Below are positions 62,959 through 64,000 of a stretch of 64,000 bases of DNA, piece by piece; positions within the stretch are counted from its first letter, which is position 1; every line of letters begins with the position of its first letter. Where the stretch lies: assembly GCF_009914755.1 (NCBI RefSeq), contig NC_060931.1. One strand, given 5' to 3'. This stretch comes from the human T2T-CHM13v2.0 reference genome, Homo sapiens. Below the pieces are notes generated by a model. It was given only the letters and a program-made list of their open reading frames with translations. It searched no databases and was not told the origin of the DNA. A program made the position numbers and the translations under genes.

Positions 62959-64000
62959 CTCATAAAGAAAAGAGAGGTGTGTCTTGCACCATAAGGAATC
63001 TTCTGGATCAGGTTCTACTTAGATTTTCCTTCAAATTTAAATGTAGTGTGGAGGAGGGCCATGATATTGTATGCAGACTCTAAAGTTAGGGTGTAAGATC
63101 AATCATTCCCTTGGAAATCTTTTTGGGCCATGCCACATTGGAGACAGGCATACAGTCTCTCGGGTCTCCTGGCAGAGCTGGTTTTCCTTTGGTGTGGGAA
63201 CAGACCACTGTTCAGCTGAACATCCTATGACATAATTGGCTGGCGTTTAGGAGCCACATTGTGCAAAAATACTTATCTTTAAGCACTAGCATCATGCTCC
63301 ATGTAGCAAGATGCTCGTGGCTGAGGGAGTCATGGTAACTAGAGATGCCTCTGGGGCCCATAGGCTCATGGCCCTCTTCTGGATCCTAGTCTGTCCACAC
63401 AAGCACAAAGTGTGTGGTCTGTGTCTCTTACTCTCCACATCTCCCCCACCCCCCGTCTGCCTTCTCTGTCTCCTCATCTGTCTCCTTTTCCTGTCCTCCT
63501 CACCTCACTTTATTCTGTCTGTACCCCACCTCTCCACTCTGCCGCACCACCAACTGTGGAATTCACTTAAGTAGAAAGTGTGTGTAATGTAATGAATGCG
63601 ACCTCAGGACAAACAACTGGGACAATCTTGCCTTATCACAGTAGTTACCTAGGAGAGATGATTTCACCAATAGCCTCTGTCATAGAACCTTTCAAAACTT
63701 AATTTCCAAAGGTCCACCTCAATGAGTACAGAACAATATTTACTAGCTGGGAGAGAAAAGGGTTTAGACAGATCTAACCACATTTAGCAACAATGCTTAC
63801 ATATGCTTTTGTGTCCTTGTGAGATTTTATCAGCCAGGTTATTTTACTTTATTTTGTTTTGTTTTAGCCAAAATCTTGGGTTTTACGATAGCGGGTTGGT
63901 TTTTTATCGTTGTTTCTTGTTGGTTCATTTCCAAATTTCGCAGTTATTTCTTTCTACTGAAAAATAAGGTCACAAAATCAATGAAGCAAAGTTTCCTTTG

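Overview
This is 64 kb of primate (human-like, AluY-containing) genomic DNA that reads as intronic or intergenic. I could not support any protein-coding exon, RNA gene, CpG island or prokaryote-type system (CRISPR, operon, defence island), and I could not identify the host locus. A large fraction is interspersed repeat: 14 Alu/FLAM/FRAM copies, several 5'-truncated L1 3' ends (L1PA, L1MB, L1MC, L1ME), many MIR and L2 relics, MaLR/ERV LTRs (THE1D-, MSTA-, MLT1-, MER41-like) and DNA transposon fossils (MER1B, MER3, MER5, MER58A, half MADE1). Many still carry readable target-site duplications. The outstanding feature is a ~2.26 kb (CAC)n/(GTG)n trinucleotide array at ~50.9-53.1 kb. It has nested higher-order structure (a 102-bp unit three times, and a ~656-bp block duplicated perfectly at a 900-bp offset), keeps one triplet register for ~2.1 kb, and so carries a ~709-codon ATG-initiated poly-Val/Met ORF. 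Other leads are a candidate 33-nt frame-preserving microexon, a candidate 174-nt exon, two L1MB 3' ends inside one TSD, an inverted L1-in-L1 insertion, two hAT elements stacked at one target site, and several motif clusters. Repeat subfamily names come from recalled consensus sequences, boundaries of old elements are approximate, and all functional statements are hypotheses.
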